Positions 44,286-52,970 of a DNA stretch of 64,000 nt are shown piece by piece (positions within the stretch are counted from its first letter, which is position 1; each line of letters opens with the position of its first letter). This stretch comes from a virus, in the IMG/VR virus record IMGVR_UViG_3300045988_129927. The stretch is one strand, 5' to 3'. Below the pieces are notes generated by a model, which ran no database searches, was not told the origin of the DNA, and saw nothing but the letters and a program-made list of their open reading frames with translations. Position numbers and translations under genes: made by a program.

Positions 44286-45380
44286 ATGTTTAATCTAGTC
44301 GGATTTCCTACACGGTTTCGTAAAGAGGATGTGTGGCACCTAAAATTCGCTAATCGAGTTATTGATAACCGACTAGCTAAAGCCATTAACTGGTATCGTA
44401 ATAACTACTATTACGTAGGTGGTTACCATATTCTTCACCGTATTATTGAATCATTTGCCATGCCTAAAAATATACCAGATAAATTCGTATCTGCCTATGT
44501 TTATAATAACGATAAGGCATGGTATCATGCAAATGCATTAGGTTTATCTTCAGACCGAAGTATTGGTAAATTACACTATGGTAACTTCTACGGTCCCACT
44601 ACTACAGAAATCATTACACAAGTAGATAACTATTGGGATTGGGAATATGTAAAAGAAAACTGGCAAGACTTAGTGCCTGTTACTGTTTTACGTCATGACC
44701 AAAACCATATCAGTTATAACTTAATGACCAGTAAAAACTATGTAGATAGACCTGGATTTGCTATTATTCAAATTGACATCAATTTATTGCATTTACAGTA
44801 TGCTGCGTGGTTAAGACACCATAGAGAAATAAAGTTGGTTAATCCTGACCATAAATTACCTAATACAGGATATTTCTTAGGAATGTGTGTTTTACCTAAT
44901 ATGTTACCTAGCCACATTAACCAAGTAATTATCAATAAGAATATCTTATTGACAGATGACTCTATGGCTAAGACTATTGATTATGCTGGTACTTCTTTTT
45001 ACATAAACAATAATAGTAAAGAGTTAGATAAAGATATTGAAGATATTTGGATAATGGCTAGAAAGGGTAACTACCCTATTGAGAAGATAGCTGCTAATAT
45101 TCATGGTGTAGGTGATATAAGGGCATTAGAGTTTATGGATACACCTAAGATATTGTTAACCAGACAAAATAAATGGATATATGTATTGGCTATGAGTAGG
45201 TTCTTAAAGCATTGTCTATTAACACCTGCTATTACTGATAAAAACGTTAATAGTGGTTATTTAACACGCTTAAGACAGGAATTGATTTCTCTTAATGGTG
45301 GGCGTGTATTTAAGGACAGTAGGATTTCTGATTTACATGATTTATATGTTGAAGAAATTGAATGGTTATTTAAACTATAA
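44286..45380 (+). CDS. hypothetical protein (364 aa)
   Basis: Track ORF with a weak SD (AAGAAAG). A convergent hairpin follows the stop. Confidence 0.7.
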   Translation: MFNLVGFPTRFRKEDVWHLKFANRVIDNRLAKAINWYRNNYYYVGGYHILHRIIESFAMPKNIPDKFVSAYVYNNDKAWYHANALGLSSDRSIGKLHYGNFYGPTTTEIITQVDNYWDWEYVKENWQDLVPVTVLRHDQNHISYNLMTSKNYVDRPGFAIIQIDINLLHLQYAAWLRHHREIKLVNPDHKLPNTGYFLGMCVLPNMLPSHINQVIINKNILLTDDSMAKTIDYAGTSFYINNNSKELDKDIEDIWIMARKGNYPIEKIAANIHGVGDIRALEFMDTPKILLTRQNKWIYVLAMSRFLKHCLLTPAITDKNVNSGYLTRLRQELISLNGGRVFKDSRISDLHDLYVEEIEWLFKL

Positions 45381-45403
45381 AAAATAAGATATAGATAAGT
45401 ATA

Positions 45404-45433
45404 CTCTACTCTACCTTAATAGGTAGAGTAGAG
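45404..45433. terminator. bidirectional hairpin terminator
   Basis: 12-bp stem CTCTACTCTACC/GGTAGAGTAGAG with a 6-nt loop, between convergent 44286..45380 and 45440..45829. Confidence 0.6.
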
Positions 45434-45439
45434 ATATAT

Positions 45440-45829
45440 TTACTTACTTTCTTTAAGTTTGTAATCTTTATCGATTGAATGAATGGCTTTATTAACAGTA
45501 TCAGAATCAAGAGCATGACCTACAGCTTCTGAAGCAACCATAGCGTACATGGTTTCTTTATTTGGAATAACGATATTGAGAAGAATAGTGAATACTACAA
45601 ATCCACCTAATACACCCCAAAATTTCTTATTTAGGTTTTTCCAAAACTCATTGATTTCTTCTTTATTAAGATATTCGTTTTCTTTAACGTATCCATCTTT
45701 ATCGATGTAAATAAAGTATAATACCTTAACAGCAAATGCTATAGCAATAGCTACAGTAATACCACCAAATACTTCACGTATTCTATTTACTACATAGACA
45801 ATATAAATCCATAAAGTCAAATCATTCAT
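45440..45829 (-). CDS. small membrane protein (129 aa), paralog of 45822..46172
   Basis: Track ORF with two or three hydrophobic segments. Its start overlaps the upstream stop (ATGAATGA). It shares I(V/I)(V/I)P(S/N)K(Q/E)T(I/M)Y.M with its neighbour. Confidence 0.75.
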   Translation of the reverse strand: MNDLTLWIYIVYVVNRIREVFGGITVAIAIAFAVKVLYFIYIDKDGYVKENEYLNKEEINEFWKNLNKKFWGVLGGFVVFTILLNIVIPNKETMYAMVASEAVGHALDSDTVNKAIHSIDKDYKLKESK

Positions 45830-46172
45830 TTTTGGTTTCCTTTTTAATATCTTTTAACTCTTTATCAATCTTCAATTCTAGAAGTTCGATGGTTTTTTGA
45901 GCAATAGGTTGGTCTAAGATAACATCAGTGGTTTTAACACCTAACATGATATAAATCGTTTGTTTACTAGGTACAACGATATTAATAATAACAGAAACTA
46001 CCAATACGATACTAGCTGTTATAAATTGCCATCTAGGTGCATGTATGTTATCTGTCTTCAAACCTATTAATAGCCACAGAATAAGTGTAGATACACATAT
46101 CAATACAAAAGCGGTAACTTTTATTGTACCTACGATATCTGCTAGGTATACACCCCAGAATATACTATTCAT
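45822..46172 (-). CDS. small membrane protein (116 aa), paralog of 45440..45829
   Basis: Track ORF with hydrophobic segments VTAFVLICVSTLILWLLIGL and FITASIVLVVSVIINIVV. It starts 12 nt after the polymerase gene stop. Confidence 0.75.
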   Translation of the reverse strand: MNSIFWGVYLADIVGTIKVTAFVLICVSTLILWLLIGLKTDNIHAPRWQFITASIVLVVSVIINIVVPSKQTIYIMLGVKTTDVILDQPIAQKTIELLELKIDKELKDIKKETKNE

Positions 46173-46184
46173 TTTGATTTCCTA

Positions 46185-48371
46185 TTAATAATAATCAGAA
46201 ATTAGTTTAGTTACATTCTTATCCAAGAAGAACATACCTACTGCTTCTAATGCGATATAGTAAGGGCTACAAATATTTGCTACCAATTCTCGCTTAGCTA
46301 CATAAGGGATAATCTCTTTTGGAATAGACTTACCTACGAATACTTCATACGGGATATTGATGGTACCTAATACATCTTTACCACGTCTTTGCATATTCTT
46401 CCTAATCTTATCTGCTAATTCTTGATTTTCAAATGAGTCTAAGAACTCTTTCATTTTAGTCTTATTGTTAATACTTAGTTTTACATCAAATGCACTATAA
46501 GGTGGAGGTGCTGTAAAACCGTAATAATGACCAAATGTTTCATTCCAGAAGGTATAGTGAGCATAAGGTGAATTCTCACCATCATTCTTATACGCTTCCT
46601 CGTCTTTAATCTGTTTAGACCGATAATATTCTACATCACCTTGGTCTACAATTCTGAAAATCTTTCTTTCTTCATCAGCAATTTCTTTAAGAATGCTGGT
46701 TAATTTAATAGAATAATTGTCTAGCTTTCTTTCTGCTCTCTCTTTAATACTATAAAGACGAAGCATAATATCTTCAGCATGGTTAATAATTTCTTGAGGT
46801 GAGTTAGAGTTCTTTAAGTGAACACCTTTCTTCTCAATAGAAATCTTACTATATACGTTGCCTTCTTGATAGTTAATCGAAGCAATATAGTGTTTGGTTT
46901 TACCCATGGAAGCGAATGTATCAAAACTAAACTCATTCTTCATGGAGATTAAAGACCATTTCTTCTTAGAGACACCTAAGTTAAAAGACATAATAGCCAA
47001 ATGATGTTTTAAAGTAGCATCTACTAAACCTACAATATTTGCAAATACAGGGAAACGCAAGGTTTCGTCATTGGTTTCATCTACAATCCAGTTTGTCCAA
47101 CCTTGTGTGGTAAACATAGAGGAATCTGTATCTGACATCAATACTACTTTCCTTAAGCTATTTGGGAACATAGCAAGAGATGGTGGGATATGATTACTTC
47201 TTAAGAATGTCGTAATATAATCACTGTATAATTCAAAAGTTTGGTAGATATTAACAATACAGCTACTGATTTTTAAAATAGTATCTGTATCTACGTATTG
47301 GTCTTCTTTCAAACCTTTTACTAAATCAGCATTAATCTGGATACCAATATTACGAATAGATTCTTTTGCTTTACTGAAGATGGTTTTAGCATCAGCAATA
47401 GTCATGTCAGAATCAGGTACTTTATTGGTCGCTAAACGAATAATAAACTTTTTCATGAATTCTGGATTATACTTACGCATTAAATACATGTCGTAAGTAA
47501 ATGCAATAGAAGCTCTTTGTTCTCGATTACATTTCTTTAAGAATTCTAAAATTATTTGTTCTTTTTCAGACCATCTCCAATATAGACGTGTAGAGTTTAA
47601 TATGTCTTCAAATAACTCTTCAGCTGTAGGGACATAAAGGTTATTATCATTAAGAAACTTCTCAATCTTATCTTCATCAATTCGATAAGTTAGTACACAA
47701 AGGTTATTAATGGTAATGTCTGGATTATGATAATGGCGATTACCACCCAATAGCTTCTCATTATTGGCATTAGCGTAACCTGAAGTCATCCGACAAGTAG
47801 AAGTAAGGATAGGGTGCATAGAGGCCATGTAGATAGGCGTAGAAACGATAGAAGAAGCACCAGAGATGGAGTTAATAGAACGTTTAATATTGTTCTGCCC
47901 GTTATTAGCAAATGCTTCACCTACTTTATCACCTTCTTGTTTCTTTTGAAACTGGAGTTTCTTTAATTTTTTACGCTTAGGGATTTGGTGGTCTACATAT
48001 TCCGAAATATAAGATAATTTTTTATCTTGACTAACAAATGTCGTAAATGTCGCTGTTAATACTTCATTCTCTTTTAAAGTAGAGTTAATATAAGTTAATA
48101 AACTAGTTCTGTCTTTAACTCGGTCACCATATTCATCTTTACGAACATAAGTTACCATTGGGTTTCTAATAGGATATTTACCTTCTTTACCAATGGTTTT
48201 CTTAACAAATGTTTCTGCTTCTTCTATAGAGATATCTTCCATGATGTGTAAGAATTGAACTTGTTGCTCGATATACTGACCAATTGGGTCAATATCTCGT
48301 TTATATTCATCTACTGGAAGAATGAATAAATCTCTATCAAAATCTATATTTATTCTATCTAGATAAGACAT
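46185..48371 (-). CDS. family-B DNA polymerase, C-terminal piece: fingers (motif B), palm motif C, thumb
   Basis: KRSINSISG is motif B (KxxxNSxYG). VVLMSDTDSSMF is motif C (DTDS). GKTKHYIA is KKRY-like. There are no exonuclease motifs and no motif A. AGGAG SD. Confidence 0.75.
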   Translation of the reverse strand: MSYLDRINIDFDRDLFILPVDEYKRDIDPIGQYIEQQVQFLHIMEDISIEEAETFVKKTIGKEGKYPIRNPMVTYVRKDEYGDRVKDRTSLLTYINSTLKENEVLTATFTTFVSQDKKLSYISEYVDHQIPKRKKLKKLQFQKKQEGDKVGEAFANNGQNNIKRSINSISGASSIVSTPIYMASMHPILTSTCRMTSGYANANNEKLLGGNRHYHNPDITINNLCVLTYRIDEDKIEKFLNDNNLYVPTAEELFEDILNSTRLYWRWSEKEQIILEFLKKCNREQRASIAFTYDMYLMRKYNPEFMKKFIIRLATNKVPDSDMTIADAKTIFSKAKESIRNIGIQINADLVKGLKEDQYVDTDTILKISSCIVNIYQTFELYSDYITTFLRSNHIPPSLAMFPNSLRKVVLMSDTDSSMFTTQGWTNWIVDETNDETLRFPVFANIVGLVDATLKHHLAIMSFNLGVSKKKWSLISMKNEFSFDTFASMGKTKHYIASINYQEGNVYSKISIEKKGVHLKNSNSPQEIINHAEDIMLRLYSIKERAERKLDNYSIKLTSILKEIADEERKIFRIVDQGDVEYYRSKQIKDEEAYKNDGENSPYAHYTFWNETFGHYYGFTAPPPYSAFDVKLSINNKTKMKEFLDSFENQELADKIRKNMQRRGKDVLGTINIPYEVFVGKSIPKEIIPYVAKRELVANICSPYYIALEAVGMFFLDKNVTKLISDYY

Positions 48372-48430
48372 AGTTAGAACTCCTGTTAATATTAATCACT
48401 ATCAAAAAAGATAAGATACCAATAATATTT

Positions 48431-48462
48431 ACTATACACCAACCATAAGGTCGGCGTATAGT
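48431..48462 (-). terminator. hairpin terminator
   Basis: 14-bp stem. Its two plus-strand A.C mismatches become G.U pairs in minus-strand RNA. It lies downstream of 48476..48841. Confidence 0.6.
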
Positions 48463-48475
48463 AAGTTAGTTTAAA

Positions 48476-48841
48476 TTAAACTTCAGTGGCACTACCTGAG
48501 CGAGCATTACGGCGAGATTCCTCACCAGTTACAGCATCACCGGCACCTGCGCGACCTGCTTCGGCATTTACTGGAGGTACGAAGTTAGCGCGGTTGGTAG
48601 CTGCATCACTACCAGTTTCTTCTTTACCAGCTTTACCATCAGCTTTTTCTTCTTTAGCTGGTGGTAATTCACCACGATACATTGCTTTACGGTTTTTCAC
48701 CAATTGGTCATTGTGTTCGTCTTTAGGCAAAGTCTCATCATTGTAAACAACTTTCAGACCAGCAATCAAAGTAGAATCAGATTCCAAAGGTTTCTCAGTA
48801 GGTTCTAGCTCAATAGGGAGCTTAGGGAATTTTTTAGACAT
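48476..48841 (-). CDS. hypothetical charged, probably disordered protein (121 aa)
   Basis: Track ORF with AAAAAAGGA SD and G+C-rich codon use. The terminator at 48431..48462 is perfect only as minus-strand RNA. Confidence 0.75.
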   Translation of the reverse strand: MSKKFPKLPIELEPTEKPLESDSTLIAGLKVVYNDETLPKDEHNDQLVKNRKAMYRGELPPAKEEKADGKAGKEETGSDAATNRANFVPPVNAEAGRAGAGDAVTGEESRRNARSGSATEV

Positions 48842-48920
48842 TATAATATCCTTTTTTCAATTTAAAGATTAACATTAATCGAGTATCCATCGACCTCATA
48901 AAAACATAATAAACTATTTC

Positions 48921-48950
48921 CCTCTAGAGTAGGATATCCTACTCTAGAGG
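48921..48950 (-). terminator. hairpin terminator closing the ORF-free unit
   Basis: 30-nt perfect palindrome CCTCTAGAGTAGGATATCCTACTCTAGAGG. Confidence 0.55.
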
Positions 48951-49318
48951 TACTATAGCTTTTCTTTTCATCAACTTCTCTTAAAAGGAAACCAAAACGA
49001 TTCAGTGATTACCGTCCCTGTTTAATACACTGATTGAGGTGGTCGTTAGGTCATTATCCACCTATGGAAATTTTCGGTACTTGTATTCGCTTCCATGTGT
49101 AGCCTAATTCCAGCGGAGAGTGAACGAGGAGTGGCCGGATGTGACTAGTTATAGAATTTCTATCTATCGTAAAACTTTGTTTAGAAGTGTACCGAGGGAT
49201 TACCCTTACAATAGATATTCAGCCTTATTGTTTCTTCAACTATCAAAGGCAAACGAATAAAATCAACTTTAAATAAACAAACTAGGAAAATACGAACGAA
49301 GCAATTAGTCTTAAAAAT
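48921..49318 (-). ncRNA. candidate ~0.4-kb structured non-coding RNA (novel, unclassified)
   Basis: A promoter motif at 49336-49319 and a terminator hairpin at 48921-48950 bracket a stretch with no SD-led ORF. The core is relatively G+C-rich. Several helices can be paired by eye, and one contains a G.U pair only in the minus-strand sense. Confidence 0.35.
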
Positions 49319-49336
49319 CACTTTATTCATATATAG
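49319..49336 (-). promoter_or_regulatory. early-type promoter motif heading the ORF-free unit
   Basis: CTATATATGAATAAAGTG. It is closest to the 44055-44072 copy and begins 6 nt after the stop codon of 49343..49786. Confidence 0.35.
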
Positions 49337-49342
49337 TGTAAA

Positions 49343-49786
49343 TTAACGTTCTGATAATACGATTGAAATATCAGTATATCCTTGCATGGTTAATGCCTTA
49401 CGAATAATTTCAACGTCATTATTAGACACACCATTAATAGTCACTGTAATCTTATTAGGAGACGTTTCTTGAATAGTAGAACGATTAATCCAATCCATTG
49501 CATAGATTGTTTCTTTACCGTCTACACTCACTAGCTTGACATAAGTCATGTCAAATGGATTATTATTATAACCTGGTGGTAGGTGTGGTTTCATTCTTTC
49601 ATGGAATGACTTAATGTCTAGACCTGAAGAAATGGCTGTTTGTGCATTCATTACTGCTAGACACTCTACGTTAATTAAGCGAGTACCTAGTACTTCTGGT
49701 GAATAGGTATCAAATGAATAGACTTTACCTACTTCTAGTTGTCGAATAGTCTTAGTTGTATTTGTCGGATTTGCTGTATTTGTCAT
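49343..49786 (-). CDS. hypothetical protein (147 aa)
   Basis: Track ORF, starting 4 nt after the upstream stop. Confidence 0.75.
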   Translation of the reverse strand: MTNTANPTNTTKTIRQLEVGKVYSFDTYSPEVLGTRLINVECLAVMNAQTAISSGLDIKSFHERMKPHLPPGYNNNPFDMTYVKLVSVDGKETIYAMDWINRSTIQETSPNKITVTINGVSNNDVEIIRKALTMQGYTDISIVLSER

Positions 49787-49790
49787 GATT

Positions 49791-50312
49791 TTATATCCAT
49801 GGGTTATATTTAATTAAAGTAATTGAAAATTGATCCCAGTTACGAATGCGATAACACATTATTAACTGGCCATTAATTTCAATATAGAGCTTTTCATTAA
49901 TAATGGTGTTAATAATGGTAATAAAAATATTGACACTGATTTCTTTCAATGTTTCTACTTCACCGCTGTTTTTACTAAATTCAAACATTTTATCGTAAGG
50001 TGCTTCGTATATAGTACGATAGATGTTTTCTTTATTGTAGAAATATTGAAAAGGGAAGCTATTAAGTAGAGTATTAAAATACATCATGTAATCAAAAAAC
50101 TCTTGAACATTAAATCTGATTTGCTGATTTATCATTCTAAAGCATTTTAAAATAGCATTCCCATCAGTTAGGATAAACTCATCTGGTAAATTAATAAATC
50201 TATCTACTATTTCACTTTCGAGTTTTTGGTTCCTTTTTTCAATTTCATTATTAATTAAATTGCCAAGATTATTACTTCTAAAGTGATTGATGTCGTAGGT
50301 TCGATTACTCAT
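49791..50312 (-). CDS. hypothetical protein (173 aa)
   Basis: Track ORF. Its start overlaps the upstream stop (ATGAGTAA). Confidence 0.75.
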   Translation of the reverse strand: MSNRTYDINHFRSNNLGNLINNEIEKRNQKLESEIVDRFINLPDEFILTDGNAILKCFRMINQQIRFNVQEFFDYMMYFNTLLNSFPFQYFYNKENIYRTIYEAPYDKMFEFSKNSGEVETLKEISVNIFITIINTIINEKLYIEINGQLIMCYRIRNWDQFSITLIKYNPWI

Positions 50313-50715
50313 GGATTATCTCTAGTATAGTTAAGTCAAACACTGATACGACTTTATTATCTTCTAGATAACTGCTTCGATAATGACTCTTTTCTAAATA
50401 CTCAAATAAACAACTAACAATATCTATTAAACAAGATTTTATTCGTAGGTAAGCAGATGATACTATTGGTGTGTTTTGATAAAGAGGTAAACTTACTGAG
50501 AATGCTTCTGTAAACAAAATAACTTCAGCGATTTCTGCAGCGATTTGTTTAATATCTAAATCTTCATGTAATTTAGAAATTGCTTGGCGTATGATGAAAT
50601 CAATAACTGCCAGTTTGTTAATAGATTCCTGTACAATGTTTTCAATAATATTGCACACTGTATCTAGACTATCTGGAATTTCTACTTTATTGATTTTAAA
50701 ACTTCCTAATGACAT
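50305..50715 (-). CDS. hypothetical protein (136 aa)
   Basis: Track ORF with GAGG upstream. Confidence 0.75.
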   Translation of the reverse strand: MSLGSFKINKVEIPDSLDTVCNIIENIVQESINKLAVIDFIIRQAISKLHEDLDIKQIAAEIAEVILFTEAFSVSLPLYQNTPIVSSAYLRIKSCLIDIVSCLFEYLEKSHYRSSYLEDNKVVSVFDLTILEIIHE

Positions 50716-50753
50716 AATGGTTTACCTCTTATAATGAATAAAAGTTAAGTTGG

Positions 50754-51191
50754 TTAAGTGGTGTTCAAGTAACTGATTCGCATAGTCGGGATTAAATCTT
50801 TCTCATTTGACGAAATAGAAGCAAAGAACTTTGTCTTATCGTCAAAAATTACTTGGTTAAAAATAGGTGTAGTTACGCCAATTAAAATATCTACAGCCGT
50901 ATCGATTTCAGATAGTGAGAGACCCATATTGACTAACACATCTGCAAAGTCAGTATAAGCATTACTATCTTTATCTAAAAAAACTTCATCGAATAATCTA
51001 GGTACAAACTCTCTAATTAAACTATCTAAAGATTCGTACCCTAATTCTCTTAAAAAAAAAGAACCTTGCTTAAGTTCTCTATTAGAAAGAGAACGGTGTA
51101 AGTGTAAGTATAAGTCCATTACAGAGACGTCTACTACACCTACTACCGTATTCTTTTCAAATGAATCCAGATAAGGGATATCGGTTTTCAT
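50754..51191 (-). CDS. hypothetical protein (145 aa)
   Basis: Track ORF with GAGAAGGAA directly upstream of the ATG. Confidence 0.7.
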   Translation of the reverse strand: MKTDIPYLDSFEKNTVVGVVDVSVMDLYLHLHRSLSNRELKQGSFFLRELGYESLDSLIREFVPRLFDEVFLDKDSNAYTDFADVLVNMGLSLSEIDTAVDILIGVTTPIFNQVIFDDKTKFFASISSNEKDLIPTMRISYLNTT

Positions 51192-51212
51192 TTCCTTCTC
51201 GTTTTGAAATAG

Positions 51213-52133
51213 TTACATTAAAGTTAAAAGTAAGCTCTCGTATTTAACTAAGCATTCTTTCTTTGTCATCTCTAAATAACTATCCAAAATATTTAAAGTA
51301 ATCGGTTGTGGCATGGCTGAAATCATACTAGTATTAGAAGCATTAAATGAATCATCTTGACCGACGCTAGTCGCTCTGTCTACATTCATCATCTTCATGA
51401 GTTCCCATTCCACAATACGGAAGTCACCGTAATTAATTACCAAAAGATACCCACGATAGTGCATACACTGACACAATAAACGTGGTGTCTTATCTTTAAG
51501 AATGGCGACGAAATCATTAATATCATCAATAATTTCCATAAGTAATCTATATACAGGATGTGTATTTAAACCAACTGGAATATTTAGACTAGAAATGATT
51601 TCTTTGACTTTAGAGAATTCAGCCATTACGGGTTGGAAATATTCTCGAATAATGTCTGTAATTAAACGATACTTGTTTGTCCCACCGTATTGTTCTGGTA
51701 GATGAGATGTTGTAACATGTTGACAAATCTTATTGATAATAGAAATACTACAATACCGATGGTTTGTAGCAATCGTAATATTACGGTTGTCTTTTTTACG
51801 ATGAATCAACTTATCTTTAATTCTACCATCAGTCAATTGGTAGACATTATTACGATAGAATTGATTAATCATTTGTTCATTTTGTTCAAAGACAACGACT
51901 TCATTATCTGATTCTAAATAATAAGATTTGCCTTCTTCTATTAGTTTCTCACCTGTAATAGGATTATAGAAACCATATCCACCATATGCTGTTCCACTGT
52001 GGATTTCATTACCATGATTAATCAGTAAAATATCCAATGCATCTAGGATATGGGAAATATTGTGTACTGAAACAGTAGGACTAACATCAATGTAATGCCC
52101 ATTTTCTTCCAGTAATTGTTTTTCAAAATCCAT
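51213..52133 (-). CDS. hypothetical protein (306 aa)
   Basis: Track ORF with GAGAG SD. Confidence 0.75.
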   Translation of the reverse strand: MDFEKQLLEENGHYIDVSPTVSVHNISHILDALDILLINHGNEIHSGTAYGGYGFYNPITGEKLIEEGKSYYLESDNEVVVFEQNEQMINQFYRNNVYQLTDGRIKDKLIHRKKDNRNITIATNHRYCSISIINKICQHVTTSHLPEQYGGTNKYRLITDIIREYFQPVMAEFSKVKEIISSLNIPVGLNTHPVYRLLMEIIDDINDFVAILKDKTPRLLCQCMHYRGYLLVINYGDFRIVEWELMKMMNVDRATSVGQDDSFNASNTSMISAMPQPITLNILDSYLEMTKKECLVKYESLLLTLM

Positions 52134-52144
52134 TGTTCTCTCGC

Positions 52145-52822
52145 TTAGTGAGCAAATATAATACTAAGATAGATTGGGTCTATCACGAAGGTAATAGGAA
52201 TAACCAATCCGTTTTTATCGATGTTTCTTTCATCTAAGAAATACGTAGATGTATCAGACATTTCATAAGCATCATTCAGTGCTTTAATGGTTTCTGGAAA
52301 TACTTCTTCCAGAGTATTGGTGAGTGCCAATTCTTCTAAACCACCTAATGTAACTTTATAGCTGATTTCATCTTTTTCATCTTCTTGATAATGCTTAATC
52401 TCATCCATTAGTTTATTGGCATTAAGTGGATATCGACCTAAGTTATTAAATACCCACATTTGGCGGTATTTAGTTAACCAATAACCAACAATCATTTCCA
52501 AAACTTTAAGATAATTCCACCGACTAAGGTAGATATCTAGTTTCAATAATTCTTCATGGTAAACATGATTAATACCCAGATTAGTAAACCAATTAACAGA
52601 AGTTAGTTTATATTGGTGGTCTTTAATATTAGAAGCAATAGCAGCAATAACTTCATTCTTTCTTGCTTCTTTAGGTTCAGTATTAAGTCCTGCTTTTTTC
52701 AAATCTTCTTCAAATCCTTCTGGATAATCTAATAGTACAGTAGCATATTGCATAATACGTTTGACTTCTTCCAATGGATTTGGCCATTTAATAATTTCTT
52801 GGGAGGGTAAAATATCGGACAT
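52145..52822 (-). CDS. hypothetical protein (225 aa), first gene of a six-gene ORFan operon
   Basis: Track ORF with AAAAGGAAA SD. The early-type promoter motif lies 76 nt upstream. Confidence 0.8.
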   Translation of the reverse strand: MSDILPSQEIIKWPNPLEEVKRIMQYATVLLDYPEGFEEDLKKAGLNTEPKEARKNEVIAAIASNIKDHQYKLTSVNWFTNLGINHVYHEELLKLDIYLSRWNYLKVLEMIVGYWLTKYRQMWVFNNLGRYPLNANKLMDEIKHYQEDEKDEISYKVTLGGLEELALTNTLEEVFPETIKALNDAYEMSDTSTYFLDERNIDKNGLVIPITFVIDPIYLSIIFAH

Positions 52823-52897
52823 TCTATTTCCTTTTTATAAATAATTACTCTTCATAATTTTCTTTTCCCGTAAATATTTCTACGAAAAAACCGTCTT

Positions 52898-52916
52898 CAA
52901 GTTAATAATATATACG
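52898..52916 (-). promoter_or_regulatory. early-type promoter motif
   Basis: CGTATATATTATTAACTTG, 76 nt upstream of the ATG at 52822. Confidence 0.45.
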
Positions 52917-52970
52917 AGAATAAAAATAGAGTAACGTATGAATATTACACAGTTTTATAAGGAGTTTGTG

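Noticed and set aside
49181-49330. A 49-codon minus-strand ORF (MNKVIFKTNCFVRIFLVCLFKVDFIRLPLIVEETIRLNIYCKGNPSVHF) at the start of the ORF-free unit.
   Set aside because: Its ATG lies inside the promoter-like motif, with no SD-like sequence in the 12 nt after the upstream stop. Essentially every supported gene here has AAGGA or GGAG. It also uses rare codons (AGG, ATA, CTA). It is kept as an explicit alternative in the ncRNA finding.
48951-49342. Group I intron or homing-endonuclease interpretation of the ORF-free region.
   Set aside because: The flanking ORFs are complete genes. The upstream one ends in TAA and the downstream one has its own SD and ATG. I cannot identify a P7/G-binding core by eye. 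There is no endonuclease ORF. Only an Rfam scan could settle this.
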